From assembly GCF_000315625.1 (NCBI RefSeq), contig NW_005434652.1:758091-822090 (forward strand): DNA of 64,000 nucleotides, read 5' to 3'. The notes under the pieces were generated by a model, which saw only the letters and a program-made list of their open reading frames with translations, had not been told where the DNA came from and searched no databases. The position numbers and the translations under genes are program-made. The DNA comes from Guillardia theta CCMP2712. Taxonomy: Eukaryota; Protista; Cryptophyta. Positions 1 to 13,710 of the stretch are shown piece by piece. The first letter of the stretch is position 1, and each line of letters begins with the position of its first letter.

Positions 1-3000
1 TTCCTCAAAGAGCTTAGTTAGGGTTGTACGTTCACCTTCAAGCTCTCGGTTCTGAACCCAGGAAGCAATGTATGGTGCCCACCCGACATCTGTGTCGTTG
101 AGAAAAATCACTCCACCACGAGAAACGGTCGCGGGTGAAGCCTCGCGCATGTTTTCGATCTCCAAGAGCAACCTCATTGGCGGCGTAAGGGGAATCCTTT
201 CATTACTTGCCAGCGTCAGGGTCTTGTTATCGTCCATAACAGTGTTCATCGACTCAATCCATTCAGCATCGATGTCTCCGTCCAAAACAATCCATTCATG
301 TTTAACAGTTGTAGTGTTGGCTAAATCACGGAAAATCTGGGAAATCAAACCATCCTTCCATTCTCTGGTGGCTGGATGAATGTAACCATACAGTTCATTT
401 CTGGTTACTGACTTGGGATTCAAATAGTTCATTGTACTCTTCTCCCCAAAGATATTCTGAGCCTTGGACAAAGTCTTCAACATCTCTGACTTACCGCAAC
501 CTGCTGGACCAAGCACAAAAACTGACCAACGGACGACCAAGATTTCACGTAATTGCGTGCACTTCAGAATAAAAATGTCCTCTGGTTGCAATCGCAACAA
601 AGTGGCAGCCTCTGCCAACTTTGCTTCGAAGTCAAGGTCCCTATTTCTTGGCACCAAGTCGAGAGAACGAGGAAACAAATCGTTGAGCATACCCATGCTG
701 CAAATCTCTTGTCAGAAGGCAATCATGTTCAGATATGATCATATACTCACAAAATTCCAACGTCATCCGCCACAAGCTTTCCCAGATTAAAATCACGGAG
801 AGCCCTCAGAAGCACTTTGTCCTCTGTATTCTCACGGTCCAATCTTCGTAATCCACCAGCAACAGCAAGTGTCGTCTTTACAGCCCTCAATTTCCAATCA
901 TAGTGACGCTGGGCTGACAGCAAGGCCTCACTCAACCGGTACAAGATCATAAACTTTCGCGCTAAGACCTTTCCTTCCGCATACCTGAAATAAAGATATC
1001 AATACCAATTTGTAAGCCTTCAGTATGCATACCCTTCTGACATCAGCATAATTTCTGCGATGAGATCCATATCCGGAGTAACCATTGCACAGGGACGAAA
1101 CAACGCTTTTACACTTTCTGGTAATTCAGTTCTACCCGCATAACCTGCAGCAAAAAAAACGTGAATAAGATTCGCAAAATCATCCAACGGAGAAAAGAAA
1201 AGAAAGACAAGTAAACCTACCGGGATTCATAGTAATGAATCCGCAACAGAAAGGCTCATGATTCAAGGGGATGTCATCGTCCTCGAAGATAAATCGACGT
1301 TTCTTTGCGCGAATAGCATCTAGGATGCATTTGTATTGTGTGCTCGTCACGGAGAGAACGGAAATGTCGATCCGATTGAACTCGTCAAAGCAACCCCAAG
1401 CCCCTGCTTGTGCTAGCCCTTTGAAGATCTGGCCCATGCTCTTATAGTCCATCTGATCCGAGCAATTGAACACGTACACCATAATACCCAGAGCTCGTCC
1501 AAGATCTTTGGTTGTCTCTGTTTTTCCAGTTCCAGCGGGTCCTGCAGGAGCACCTCCGAGAATGAGTCGCATAGCCTGGGTCAGAGTGATATAACAGCGG
1601 TCAGTAAGTGGTGTGACGACAAGACATCCACAATTGCCAATGTACTCATAGCCAAAGAAACACTCGTAGTCGCAGATATTGATCTTTCCCAAATGAGTCT
1701 TTTCATCTAAGCTGAATTTGAGCTGGGACATCCACAGGAAGCATTGATTGTTTTCTGCCTTTGTTTCGATCAGTTCCAGTACCACATCACGAGCGTGCAC
1801 ATCGACTGTGACAATCATGACAATCTTCTTGCGATCATTCGAGCTGAGTTCGCCCAGGATCAGAGTGACAAAGGAAGTCAACTGCTCGATTTGTTTGCCG
1901 CTATACTCGCGCATGGCCTGCTCGTTTCCTTCTTCCATCTGTTCAAAAGTGAAATCCACTTCTTCGCGGTAAGCTATACGCGAACACGTTCCAGCAATCA
2001 TCGCGCACCAATCAAAGACGAATTCTGTCTTCGGCTTTTCTTCATATACACCGACTGCCTCCACGAGAATATGCTTCAGGCATTCATGTGTATGGACAGT
2101 CAAATTGAACAACCATGTCTCAACCGGACCCTAGCGAAAGAATCTGTTAGACTCAAGAGAAACGCGAAACAAAACAAAGATCTTTACCTCGCACGTGAAG
2201 GGAGCATGAAATGTGACATATTCCTTTTCTCCTGAATACATTCCAATTGAATCCTTCGTTGGATGACCATCTCCATCCTTCTTGAACTCCAGAGTTGAGA
2301 TGTTGTCGAAGCATTTCGGCAAATGCTTGAGTATCAGCTGCGGATTGCTTCCCTTGCTCAGAATATCCAACAAATCTGCTGATGCAACAAAGTAGAACCT
2401 GGGATATGCGAGCCTTTTTGTCTCCAGATAATCTGCGAGCGCTTTCTCGCACTTTTCTAATCCAGCAAGCATAAGTTCGATCTTTTCTAATCGTCCATCG
2501 ACATTGCAAGAATCTACCGCATTGGTTACATTTGCTGCTTCTTTCATGAGATCCTTGAATTCTACATCTACGCTGTCAAAGCGCTTTGAGTCTTCAGGCA
2601 GTTGTACCCTGATATCTGCCGATCCAACAAAAATACTCTGCAGATTTTGCCATTTCTTTTGAACCTCAGTCCAGGCCTGAATAACACTATCAACATTACC
2701 AATTTTGCGCTGCCAATTCGAGACGATCTCAAGGAATGAAGCATTGTTCTGAACATACTTGCTCCCTTGAAGATTTCCAAGCTGTACTACGCTATCTTCG
2801 AGACACTCCATTACACTTTCGTCAATTCTCAAGAGGTACATTTCTCCATCTGGTTGCAAATCAAAGCTGAAGCTCTGAACCTTCCAAGTATCTTCAATTT
2901 TCTTGAGCTGTTTTTCAATCGTCAATTCTTTCTGAGCTTTATCTACAATTTCCATGACATCATCTTCGAATTGATGGAGTTTAAGAGCAAGCAGAGCTCC

Positions 3001-6000
3001 CAAGCTGAAGTTTTCATCCATCACAAATGAGACGCCGGTTGTCTTCATCAACTGCTTCCAATGCCTTTCGCGCATAGCAGGATGGTGCAGCTCCTCAACC
3101 AGAGGTAGCGATGTCTGCATGTTCTTCACAGTATCCTCCAAACCCTTGTATCCTGGCCAGTTCTTTAAATTCTTGTTCATCCCTTTCACATGCTTTGCAA
3201 GAGTCTTGCATGCTTCACTGAGGTACTCTACATCAATTTCATCCCATCTCGTCTTCTTCCACAGATTGAATGTGTCAACTATCATCGAAATCATGTCCCA
3301 CAATTCCTTCAACATTCGTGCTTCCTTCTCGCACTGCATGGCCTCTCTATACTCGATGACATAAAGCTCAAACAACTCCTGCAGCTCATTCAATCTCTTT
3401 GCATCAGTGATAAGCTCTCGCACACTTCCCAACTGATTCTTTTCATCTCTCGGTCCATGATGAACACGATCAATTGTAGCGTACGAAATGTCGTATTGTT
3501 CTGTGAAAGTGAAAGGCATCTCTTTCTTGAAGTATGCAAAGAACTCCGCAACACGCTCCTCGAATTCTTTGGACTTCTTCTTTAGTTTTTCTGCTTCTGC
3601 TGTTTGAGCTTTGCTGTGCTTCTCTTTGGTAACTACAGCTTTCTTCTTCAGCTTATCCCATGCCTGAGGTACATGATCCAAGGCTTCAAGAACAGGTTCT
3701 TCCACTGTAATGTTGTACTTCTTTAGCAATGAACAAGTCTGTCTCAAAGGCTCAAACATGTTGTCGATGGCCTCGGTTCTTCGACGAATTTGAGTGAGAA
3801 AATTCATCACTTCAAGCAAAGAGTCTTGATCACTGACTTCCATGTCTAATTTCTGATCTGTTGATTCAACGAATGAGGATACATCTTGCACCGAGGTGAT
3901 TACTCTGTTTAGAAGAAACTCCAAGAATTTATACGACCACTTGGAGATAAGTGTTGTCAATGAATTCTTGACAGGGCGAGCATCAATTTTGAGCCATCCG
4001 ACAATTTTGGTAGCAGGAAGCTCCCTTACTTGGTCTTCAAGACTCTTGTACTTGATGATCTGCTCCTCAAAAGCTTCCAACGATGGAGATGATGCACCTT
4101 CGGCAAATTTCTGCCATTTATGGAACTCTGGAGGATCTTCGCCATTCAAGAACAGATTGAAAACTTCGTTGATGTCATGCCTCCACAAGAAAGAAAACTT
4201 TTCAAATTCTTGACGAAAGTCTTCACAATCTTTTTCGCTAATTGCAAGGTTTCTACTCACTTGACTGGTTACAAGACGAATAGAACCATTCTCATGCATA
4301 TCCGCAAGATAGTCGCCATCCTCTTCTGGTGTGTCAATACGAGCTACTAGTGTGGAAATATTGATAAACTGATTCAGCCATCCAGTGACCATATGTCTGA
4401 TTCCCTTTCCACTTGCCTGAGATACCATTGGAGGCTCAAAATTCACACTTTTCCCAACCAGCTTCATGTTGACTTCAATAAGAGGAGCCAGTTCCTGATT
4501 TGCAATTTCCTCTTTGTCCATCTGATTTCGCAGGTATTGCGCAGATTTGACAATTGCAACAACCAACCCTTCAATGATGATGTCATTCACGTAATCAACA
4601 TAGGCAAGCCATTCCGGCTTGCTCCGTGCAATTGCAATAACTTTGTTCGATGCATCCAAGTGCTTGTGAAGCTCTTCGCCACCTTTCTCAATAGTTTTCT
4701 CCCTATTCTTCATAAGGGTGAAGTGAATTTGTTGAAACTCGTCCACAGTGTAGGTCTTTCCAGCTTTCCTATCCATCATAACATTTTCAGACCATGTATT
4801 TAGAACAGATTGGGTTGATGCCACGTTGCTCTTAATATCGGTCAAAATAGCCTTGGTCTCTTTTACCAATGACATTGCCTGAGTGATGAAATCCGAGATC
4901 TGGTTGCTTTTCCAATTGAGATGTTTTATACCTTTAAGAAGAACTTTGTCGATCCCATCAAGCTTCTGCTGGATCAACGGCCTCTCAACATCAAGAACCG
5001 TGTCAAGGATTGAGTTATAAATGTTGACAATCAAATCAAGATTTCCAGTCTGTTGACGATAAGTTTCCGCCATAGAATATATCGTCATTGCAGATTGAGG
5101 GACCTCCAAGCCCAACAACAAGAAATATTTGGTTTCACGGAGAAGACAGACTAAGGCAGGATCAAAGTTGACGTACACCCAAGATGTGTTCGGATCACGT
5201 CTCAAAAGAGACTGCTTCAGTTTCTCAGCAGAAGTGTTTTCAATCTCCAAAGCCCATTCTTCTCGGTGTTGGCGTTCGTATTCCTGTTGAAACTATTATC
5301 CTGGATTCAAACAATGTGCCAGAAAAAAATCTCACCTGGAGACTATTCAAGATAGCAGAGTAGGCACGAATGCACTCTTTTCCTTCCTCGCCTGGCATAG
5401 CGAGCTTAGCGAGAGGAAATTATTCAAACTCGATCACTTACTATCAAGTATTGACTTGTTCATAGCCTTTAGTCGATTCATCGGTTCCTGTTGAAGGAAT
5501 CGTAAGGGCAAACAACAGCCAGACATCAAAAATACCTGAACTCTCTCCATCAATCCTCGCACCCACGTCACCGCTCCGGCTCTTGGAGGAGCATTATCAT
5601 TGATAGGAGGGTTGTCCTTGAACATGACAAATATCTCCTGAACTTGTTTTAGATCCATGGCGTAGGCATTCAACAGATCTGCATTCTTCTTTTCAAGGTC
5701 TGCCTGTATGATTTCCCTTTCCAACAAACCCTCAAAGCTGTCTAACAACTTGAACCTCATTAGAACTGTCACGCTGTCATCGAAAGCCTGTGTGATGACT
5801 GAAGCAAGCCTCCTCTCAAGTTCATTGATCTGGCAGCGAAAAGTGTAAAAGTCATCATCAAACTGCTTGGACTCAACGTCCATGATATCATATTTTGCTT
5901 CAATAAATACTTTGATAGACTGAAGGAAATCAACGTGAGTCTGTCGAACGCTGGTCGTCAACATTTTTCCTTTAGTTCCACCAATTTCAACACCACGATC

Positions 6001-7302
6001 ACCGCCTAGCTTGTTAAATTGCAAAATGGTCTGCATCAGATCCAAAACATCGTGGCAACGTTCGAGGAATGAATCTAATCGTGAAAAAAGAGCTGAGTTC
6101 TGAAATCTCCATGGATTTGAAGGACATTCTATGTTTGCTTTGCTCTTGTAGTCGAAGTATGCGCTTTTAAATGCAACCCCAACCTTCAAGCACAGCTTTA
6201 GATTATCAACAGCGTCTTGAGGTTCTTCAATATTCTCGAAAAGAGTCGCACCAGATACAAAGTTGCAGGCTTGTGAGATCAAAGTGTTACATAATTCTCT
6301 CAAAATGACAACAAAACGAGCTGGCGTATTGTAAAATTTTGAATTCTTCCATATCAAAAGAAGTGTATGCATGGTCGGTTTGAAATGTGGAATTAAATCT
6401 TGGAATTGTTCAGCTCCAAGCATGTTGACATATTTGACCATCGGCTCCAAGTACACAAGATTATCGTTTGCCTCCATCCTTGCCTGTGCTACTTCTTTGC
6501 ACAATCGATTGAACGCGGGAAAATAGGTGCTTTTGGTGACCTCCAGGACCTTGACAACTTTCCTAATCTTTTCACCAACAAGTTGATTGTGCAAAGAGTT
6601 CAAATTCTCTGCCTTGTTTTTCCAAAATTCTAGTTCGACTTCTGGTCCAGGATTTCCTTGCTTGAGCGCACTTTCAGGATCCATCTTCAGAATATTCTTG
6701 ATTTGCTTGGTCCACATGACAACTGCAGATTCCAGAACATGAATTCTATCTTTGTCCCTTCCAGCTGCATCCATCAGCGCTGCACCATGATTTGGTGGTA
6801 AAGGCAAAAGGGTTTTCCCCTGCGTGTTGCCGATAGTGATGTACGTTTGCGCGAGAAAGCGATGAATACTTTCGGTCACCTCTTTCGTGATCACTTCTGG
6901 CCAGCCTTCTTGGTTCCTTGGGTTAGTCAAAAGAGGAAAATAAACTTCTTGCGAGATAGCCAAGAATTGCTCAAGTGGCTGCCCAACAAATTCACAGAAA
7001 CTCATATCTTGAACAAAGTTTTCCTTGGAAACGGATCCATTGCTCTTCAACAAATAGATCGCCTTTGTTTTGAAATTTTGAGGCGGAGAAGCTGTCACAA
7101 CGCATTGATCTTTCGATTGCAAGTATATCCAAAGCAATTTCTCTGAGGGATCATCGAAAAAGCCATTGAGCAGCTTTACACCTTTTTCATCGTCCTTGAT
7201 TCGCTGAGCGATTTCGAGTTTACAGGGAAGCAGCGTGGAAGTCTGTTCGCTGATGTAATCGATTCGGGGATCAGAGGGCTTCGAATGTGACTCGTCTCCC
7301 AT
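1..7302 (-). CDS. Axonemal outer-arm dynein heavy chain, 5' part (tail N1/N2, AAA1, AAA2); multi-exon, runs off the window
   Basis: ORFs 5434-7302, 2131-5250, 1180-2112 and 747-950 join through ~50-nt GT-AG introns (e.g. 5488-5535, 5392-5441). Motifs: [33 protein letters not shown]1 [26 protein letters not shown]2 [32 protein letters not shown]. Confidence 0.96.
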
Positions 7303-7464
7303 CGCCGAATATTTGCTTCAGGGTTCAGCTTCTTTCTGCTGTGCCTTTAGTAGTTCCTCCTCGCAATGCCTTCGATCCTTAAGCTCGGGATCAACTCGAA
7401 TTCTTCCTCCCTGATTCTTGCATTCCACCGCGTCCAACCGCCGCCGCCCCTTCCGCCGTTTGTA

Positions 7465-7610
7465 TCACTGAAAAGGGGTGGCGCCAAGCAGTCCTATGCT
7501 GCTAGACTTGTGTACGGGTGGTTTTATGTACAAACGCACTATGAGAGTTGGGGTACAGTGCAGAGGTAATATCAAACGACTGCCTCTGAGAGGGGTGGGG
7601 TCCACCTCAA
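7465..7610. promoter_or_regulatory. GGGGT/ACCCC-rich block upstream of the dynein start
   Basis: aaggggtgg, ttggggtac, aggggtggggt clustered ~170-300 bp 5' of the ATG; same word recurs at five other gene starts. Confidence 0.4.
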
Positions 7611-8150
7611 GATTGACTAGCTGGCTCACTTTGAGGAAATTCCTACATATGATTCGAGCTAAATCATTCCAGGTGTCTTTTTGTCTTCAAAACAAAGATC
7701 GCGAGGTGAGCTTGCGAAAACTCTTTGCATTTTTTTAGTCAAGATGTACTTTGATACAAATGGGTGGGTCCGTAATTGAGAAAAGGTGGGGTTGTTCAAG
7801 GCGATCTGGTACAAAGCATGGGATAAAACTGTTTGATCTTTTTGAAAATCAAATTTCAAGAAAACACGCGGAAATTATCCAAGAAATGGAAACTAGCAAT
7901 TGTATATTTCAAAATAAAAACAAAGTTTGAAAATTGACAAGGAAAAGACGACAAACTTCGTCATTATCAAAAGCATCCGGTGCAGCTACTGCTTGATGCA
8001 GGCACCTGTGGCACTTGTCGCAGTTGCACACTGCACGCCGCATTCAGGAAGACCATAAACATCCAAAACAGCAAGTAAACAAAAGAACTACATCATAGAG
8101 AACGAAAAGCAGCCAAGAATCCTGTCCCTTCACCTTGTGAATTGATTGGT

Positions 8151-10460
8151 ATGCCGCGACGTCTCGACCCAGATTCCCGAGCGCTCCCTAGGAGCGACGG
8201 CGGAACCCTGCATTTTGCCACGAGTTTAGCTTGTATGGTCTGATATAACTCGATTGCCTAAACTGAACATATGATTTCAGATGAGGGAATGAAAAGTCGC
8301 CCGACGCAAGACGAATTCTTGTTGACAGCTTCACACATTCTAAAATCTCCCCACAACTACAATCCAGTTCACGCCCACAATACCAGGTACGAGCTTGATT
8401 TTCATTTGCAATCCGTATGATATTCAGAATGTAACAAGGTATAAGCGTTGGTATAGTTCAACATTCACAGAGCCCAAGAGACAAGGATTTGAGATTGGAA
8501 GCTGGTGCAATGTGACAATTCTAACCATAGTGTGCATGTTATGTTTTGGATTAGCTGTTATCTGCTTAGGTATACAGAATTCATCGAAAAAAACATGTTC
8601 TAATCATTACTTAGTTGGTTCGGAAGGATATAGCATGGTGATCAGTCCCATGATCTTCATTTCCAGCGATTATCACAGCTTGCAAGATTTGCACAGTGCA
8701 GTACAGAATCTACAGAAAGAACAGAAATTCATAAATCAGGAAATTGAAAGCTTTCTTCGATACAAGAACTACATCGAGAACACTAGCCAAAGGGTATTTC
8801 CTGTTTGCACTTGTAATACTTCATACAGTAAGATGTTGTCAGTTGTCGTCTTTGCTGACGCAAATTGACATTGCAAACCTGGAAACCGATTCTGCGATTA
8901 ACCAAATGGTATGACCCATGTCTTGGAGGGATAAAGACTTATTTTTTTTTTCTGATACAACGTTTTCAGACTGTCTTTGATAAAAAAGTTGATAATTTCT
9001 CGACTTCCGTACTTACTGAAGTGGAAGATGTCATGAACGAATTACGATCACAAATCGGAATCAATGAAACTGAGAATACAGAAAACTTGGATTCTCTTCA
9101 GCGTGAAATATCAGAACTTAGCAAGATTTTAACGCTTTACCACGACAGAAAAGCTACTGTTGAGGTTGTGCATACCGTTCTTGAGGAAAATAAGAAATCT
9201 GATTTCTTGCAGAGCACCTTTGATGCGAGAAGCAACTTGATCAATGGCGTGTCTGAAAACATCGATCTCAACCACATTCAGCAGTCCCTGCGGGAAACAA
9301 TAGAAACTTTTGCTAGGAATGCTTCAGGATTAAGGTACCTGAGCTTATTGCTGAACCCTATGACTTGACACATCGATGTGCAGATTCTTCGATGAAGTCA
9401 AAAATGATGTCATTTTGCAAAGCGTAAAAGAAATTTCTAAACGGGAACAAATACTAATCCAGAAAACAATGGACGCAATGTCGTACGATAAATTGATCCC
9501 GGTAAGGCAATCCAGCGACTTGCTTGTCATATCGCTAAACTCATTCTAGAAGGAGTCGGCCTTCGAAGCTCTACGACATTTGTACAGGAATCAAATTGCT
9601 GGCGTGGACTGGATGCTTTCGGTGAACGGAGCAGAGGTTTTAGATCATTCGCCATCATTCGACACATGCTCAGGTGATCGACACTGGTCGACACTTGTGG
9701 ATGAAAAGCTCAATGATTTTTACTTTTCGAAACTTATTGCCCTCCACTGATTCCAAGTTTCAGATCATTCATGGTACGGTACATGGTTTGTATGCGCATC
9801 CATGAACGTCTTGCAACCTCCATTGCAATCGCAGCCGTCGACAGCACTTCAAGTAATGCATTTGTAAGACTTTTGAGAATGCCTAACAAATAGACAGTTA
9901 TCACCGTCTTGGACAGATGGAAAATCATCAAGCGCTTTAGGTCATTGTTGGGCTTTGAAGGGATCAAATGGGTTTCTTGAGGTCATTGACACGTGCTTTT
10001 CCTCGCTTGCCTAAATGTGCCTCGAATGTCTAGGTAAAGCTTGCACGCCCGGTGGTTCCCAAGAAAATATTGGTGCACAGCATTCCCATCGAAATTTCCC
10101 CTGGACATGGGAAAAGTGCAATCAAGAACTTCGCTATTATGGTACGATCTGTTGAAGGTACTTGCAGAACTTCGTAATTTGAATTCGACAGGGGAGGATT
10201 GATGGGCAATACCACATGGTGCTAAATGCAACCCATAACCCCTCATCGCTGACATCCCTTGAATCAAATGAGGGATTCGAAGTCGAAGTCGAGGTAAATT
10301 CGCTCTGTCCAAGTTGATTGTTGATACTTGTGCTCATCAGAATCAAATCATGATACAACAAGTTCGAGTGGAGGTGTACTCGAATCATGGCAATGAGTAT
10401 TTCACTTGCTTTTACCATATCGCATTGATTGGGGAAGATTCTTCTGCTGAAGTTGCCTAG
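8151..10460 (+). CDS. SUN (Sad1/UNC-84) domain inner nuclear membrane protein; multi-exon
   Basis: TM segment (VTILTIVCMLCFGLAVICL), coiled coil (8680-9500), then SUN motifs across exons: VDWMLSVNGAEVLDHS, GHCWALKGSNGFLE (~9941), VKLARPVVPKKILVHSIPIEISP..SAIKNF, VRVEVYSNHGNEYFTCFYHIALIG; stop at 10458-10460. Start 8151 inferred by splicing. Confidence 0.85.
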
Positions 10461-10737
10461 TTATGTAAAGGTTGTGTGCAACATAAATTGCTTTCATATG
10501 TATGGCCGTCTCAATTCACTTCTACGCTCATGTTAGTTTACATTGAACTTCAATTTATACACATGAAACATAAATTCAAACTAAAGAAATATGAAGCATT
10601 GGAATATTAGAAGTACACAAGCATAGTCATTCACATATGAACGTCTGAGCTGATTCAATAATCTTCTTCCTTGGTTTGCATTCTTGTCTTGTCTCGTCTT
10701 GCGATAATGTAGAGTGAGAGTTCCTGTCCACCAAAAA

Positions 10738-10990
10738 AAACCCTACCCCTCCGTCGTGGCCAACCTTTTAGACGAACTCCCGATGGTATATCCCTTCTCA
10801 CTTTATCATATCAGACGACTTAATAGAATCACGACCTTTGCCTTATCACTCTATCTCACCGATGTTCCCTACCCCCACCATGGCATTGGTACCACCCCCC
10901 AAATATCAAAGATCACCCCCTCTTCATAGAATAGATACCCCATTGAAGTATACAGGGGTCATCACCACTACCCCCTCTCATCACCCTCGC
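10738..10990 (+). promoter_or_regulatory. ACCCC-rich block upstream of MPP alpha
   Basis: At least six (T)ACCCC words directly 5' of ATG 11012. Confidence 0.4.
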
Positions 10991-11011
10991 GCCTCTGCAG
11001 CAGCTTCCGTC

Positions 11012-13582
11012 ATGCTCCGCGCCGCCGTTCGCCGCGCAGGTTGGCTTCAAGCATGCGTGTGCACGAGAACTTGTTTCCTTCCATTATGTCTCCCTCTTCG
11101 TTTCTCTCTCCTACCGTTCTATTGCTTTCCGAGGAAAGACCTTGTAGGTTCCTGCTCCTTGCTGCCATGGCCGCTGCTCCCCCCCTCCTTCCCCGGGATC
11201 ATGATTGGTTTTCTCTCTTATAACCTGAGAAATTTGAAAGAGATATCTATCTGCGTATTGTGCATGGCGAGTGATTATGATTTGGTTTCGATTTCTTGGC
11301 TTCTCTTGATCTTGGGAATCCTCACTTGTTCAATTACTCTTCTTGTTTATGCCATCAGGACTGAACCCTTTTTGTCGTTTGCAATAATTTTGCTTGGCTA
11401 CAATGAGCCAGGATGCTTGGTTGTTTTGCTATCACCATGTAGTATTTTCTTGTCCAAATCGCTTGATATGCGTGTGATTTTTGACGGGGGAGAAACATCA
11501 TTGAGTTCGGGTTTTGCAATTTCCAAGAGGTCCTAACGGTGTTGTATGATTTAGATGGTTTGAGGCGTCTTTCATCCATGAATCATGTGAATCCAAACAT
11601 CAAGACGTCAAACGATCAGTTATGGTACCGATTCCACAACGTATGGCCTGTGCAGGTTCCCATGAACATGCCCATGCCTGGGACGCCTTCAGCCGAGGTG
11701 GGAGCGGCAGTCTCTGAACCGACCACCAAGGTCTCAACGCTACCGAACGGAGTGAGGGTCATTACGGAGTCTAAGGCTAGCATGGGTTGCTCTATGGCTA
11801 TCTTCTGCGCAACCGGCAGCCGATCTGAGACTCTTGAGACTCACGGAGCGTCTCACTTCATGCAGCATCTGGCTTACAAGGCCACGGTGGACAAGTCGCA
11901 CTTTGGTCTGACTCGTGCCATTGAAAAGCTGGGTGGTCATGTGGCATGTGGATCCAGCCGTGATTGTATCACTTATGCTGGAGAATGTCTTACCTCAAAT
12001 GCCGGTCAGTTGTTTGGTCTCATGGCGGAGACATTTTTGTACCCACGTCTTGAGAAGCTGGATATTGACAATGCGCGTACCTTGGTCCTTGCTGATATTC
12101 AGAATTCGATGAAGAATGGTAACTCATTGCACAGTTTTCTATTGGACTTTGGTGTCTTATTTGTACTCAACAGGTGCATTTGCCGTCCAAGATGTTCTTC
12201 ACACCGTTGCCTACCAAGGTAATCTCCGATCCGAGTCTTTCAACAGTGGATGACTTTCCGTTTGATCAGGCCAGACTCTTGGTGCACCGATGCTCTGCAA
12301 TCCTCATGCTGCCGAGATGATGAAAGGCAGCGTCATCGAGGCTTTCAAGCAGACGACCATCAGTCCGCAGGTTTCTATCCCATTCCTTTGTCCGTCCCTG
12401 ATCTTCGTTGGTCATCTATAGAGGATCATCGTGTCTGCAGTCGGAGTTGATCATGATCGCATGGTCGAGTATGCTGATAAGGTGGAATCCTGAATTGTTG
12501 CTTAGTCGTTTTTGAATGCTGGTGGATAGGCTTTTGGTGAAATGCAACCAAGAAGTGTGTCGGAGCTCGTAGCTGCTCAATATGGTTGGGATTTGTTTTG
12601 AGTGTCCTTCATTTCTTCGCCTCTTTGACCATTCAAGGACAGGTGGGGGCGACTGTCGTGTGCCATCAGAGCCTGGACAGGTGCAGTGATTCATTTCATC
12701 TTTTTTGAGACTCTCTTTCTCAACTTGGGTTCATTAGGTTCACCTTGCTTTGGGATTTGAAGGAATGCCCTGCACTGCCAAGGAGGTATGCGATATGCTC
12801 CAAGTTCATGCAAGCTACTGGATTTATGTTTTGTTTAGTCTGTTGCGGCTGCCGTTCTGCAGTCCCTGTTGGGCGGTGGAGACCAGTTCTCTGCAGGCGG
12901 ACCAGGTAAGCTGTGATTGCAATTTGCCTCCCTTAAGTTTTTTCCTTCCTAGGCAAGGGTTTGACTTCAAGAATATTTAGAAACGTCCTGTCACACCCAG
13001 AGGTATAAAATGTTCGGAGTGGGATTTTGTCAGTTAGCTCAAGAGACTACTACAGATTCTGACTGCAACGTCTTTCAACGTTTCATATAAGGATTCGGGA
13101 CTCTTTGGTATTAAATGTGTCTAGGGCTTTCTTGCTTCCTAACCTTTTTTCTTATCATAGGAATTCAAGCAACCGTGAATGCTCATGATGCGCAAATGGC
13201 GATCACGTCAGTGGCCGAAGAGCTTACCTCTCTGCGAGGAGGCTTCAGCGAGGAAGAAGTGACCAGGGCTAAGAATATGACGATATCGGCCCTCTTCTTG
13301 AACCTTGAAACCATGGGAATTGCTACTGAGGACCTCGGAAGACAAATCATGTACTACGGTAGCCGCAAGGATGGAAAAGCTCTTGCTGCCGAGGTCTCTG
13401 CCATCACGTCGCAGGATCTGCAGAAGGTTGCGAAACAGATTCTTTCTTCACCGCTTTCGTTTGCTGCATACGGAGATGTTGCTTACGTAAGGCCCTTATG
13501 TCCCTGGTTCTATCTTCTTTGAACTTACTGGTGTCGACAGGTTCCAAGCTACAGCGAAATCGTTGCCTTGACAAGAGCATAA
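11012..13582 (+). CDS. PMPCA: Mitochondrial processing peptidase alpha subunit (M16B); multi-exon
   Basis: Presequence MLRAAVRRA/DGLRRLSS, then TKVSTLPNGVRV, GSRSE, non-catalytic SHFMQHLAY, alpha-specific Gly-rich loop LLGGGDQFSAGGPGKGLTSR, EDLGRQIM, AAYGDV. Confidence 0.93.
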
Positions 13583-13710
13583 TTCTAGAACTTTCGGCAT
13601 TCCCCGAATAAACTTTGCTAGTACTGATCCTTTCAATATCTACTTTTTCTGCGACGTTGATATCTTTTCTCGAATTTTCTTTTCTATGTGTCAATATTGA
13701 ACTGTTTCCT

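Noticed and set aside
7660-7960. Possible relic of the TIR element (CATTCCA, TCTGGTACAAA)
   Set aside because: Only 7-11 bp matches and no paired TIR; compatible with chance.
7302-8151. Dynein and SUN gene head-to-head as a LINC-motor cluster
   Set aside because: The dynein is axonemal type, not the cytoplasmic dynein that works with SUN/KASH.
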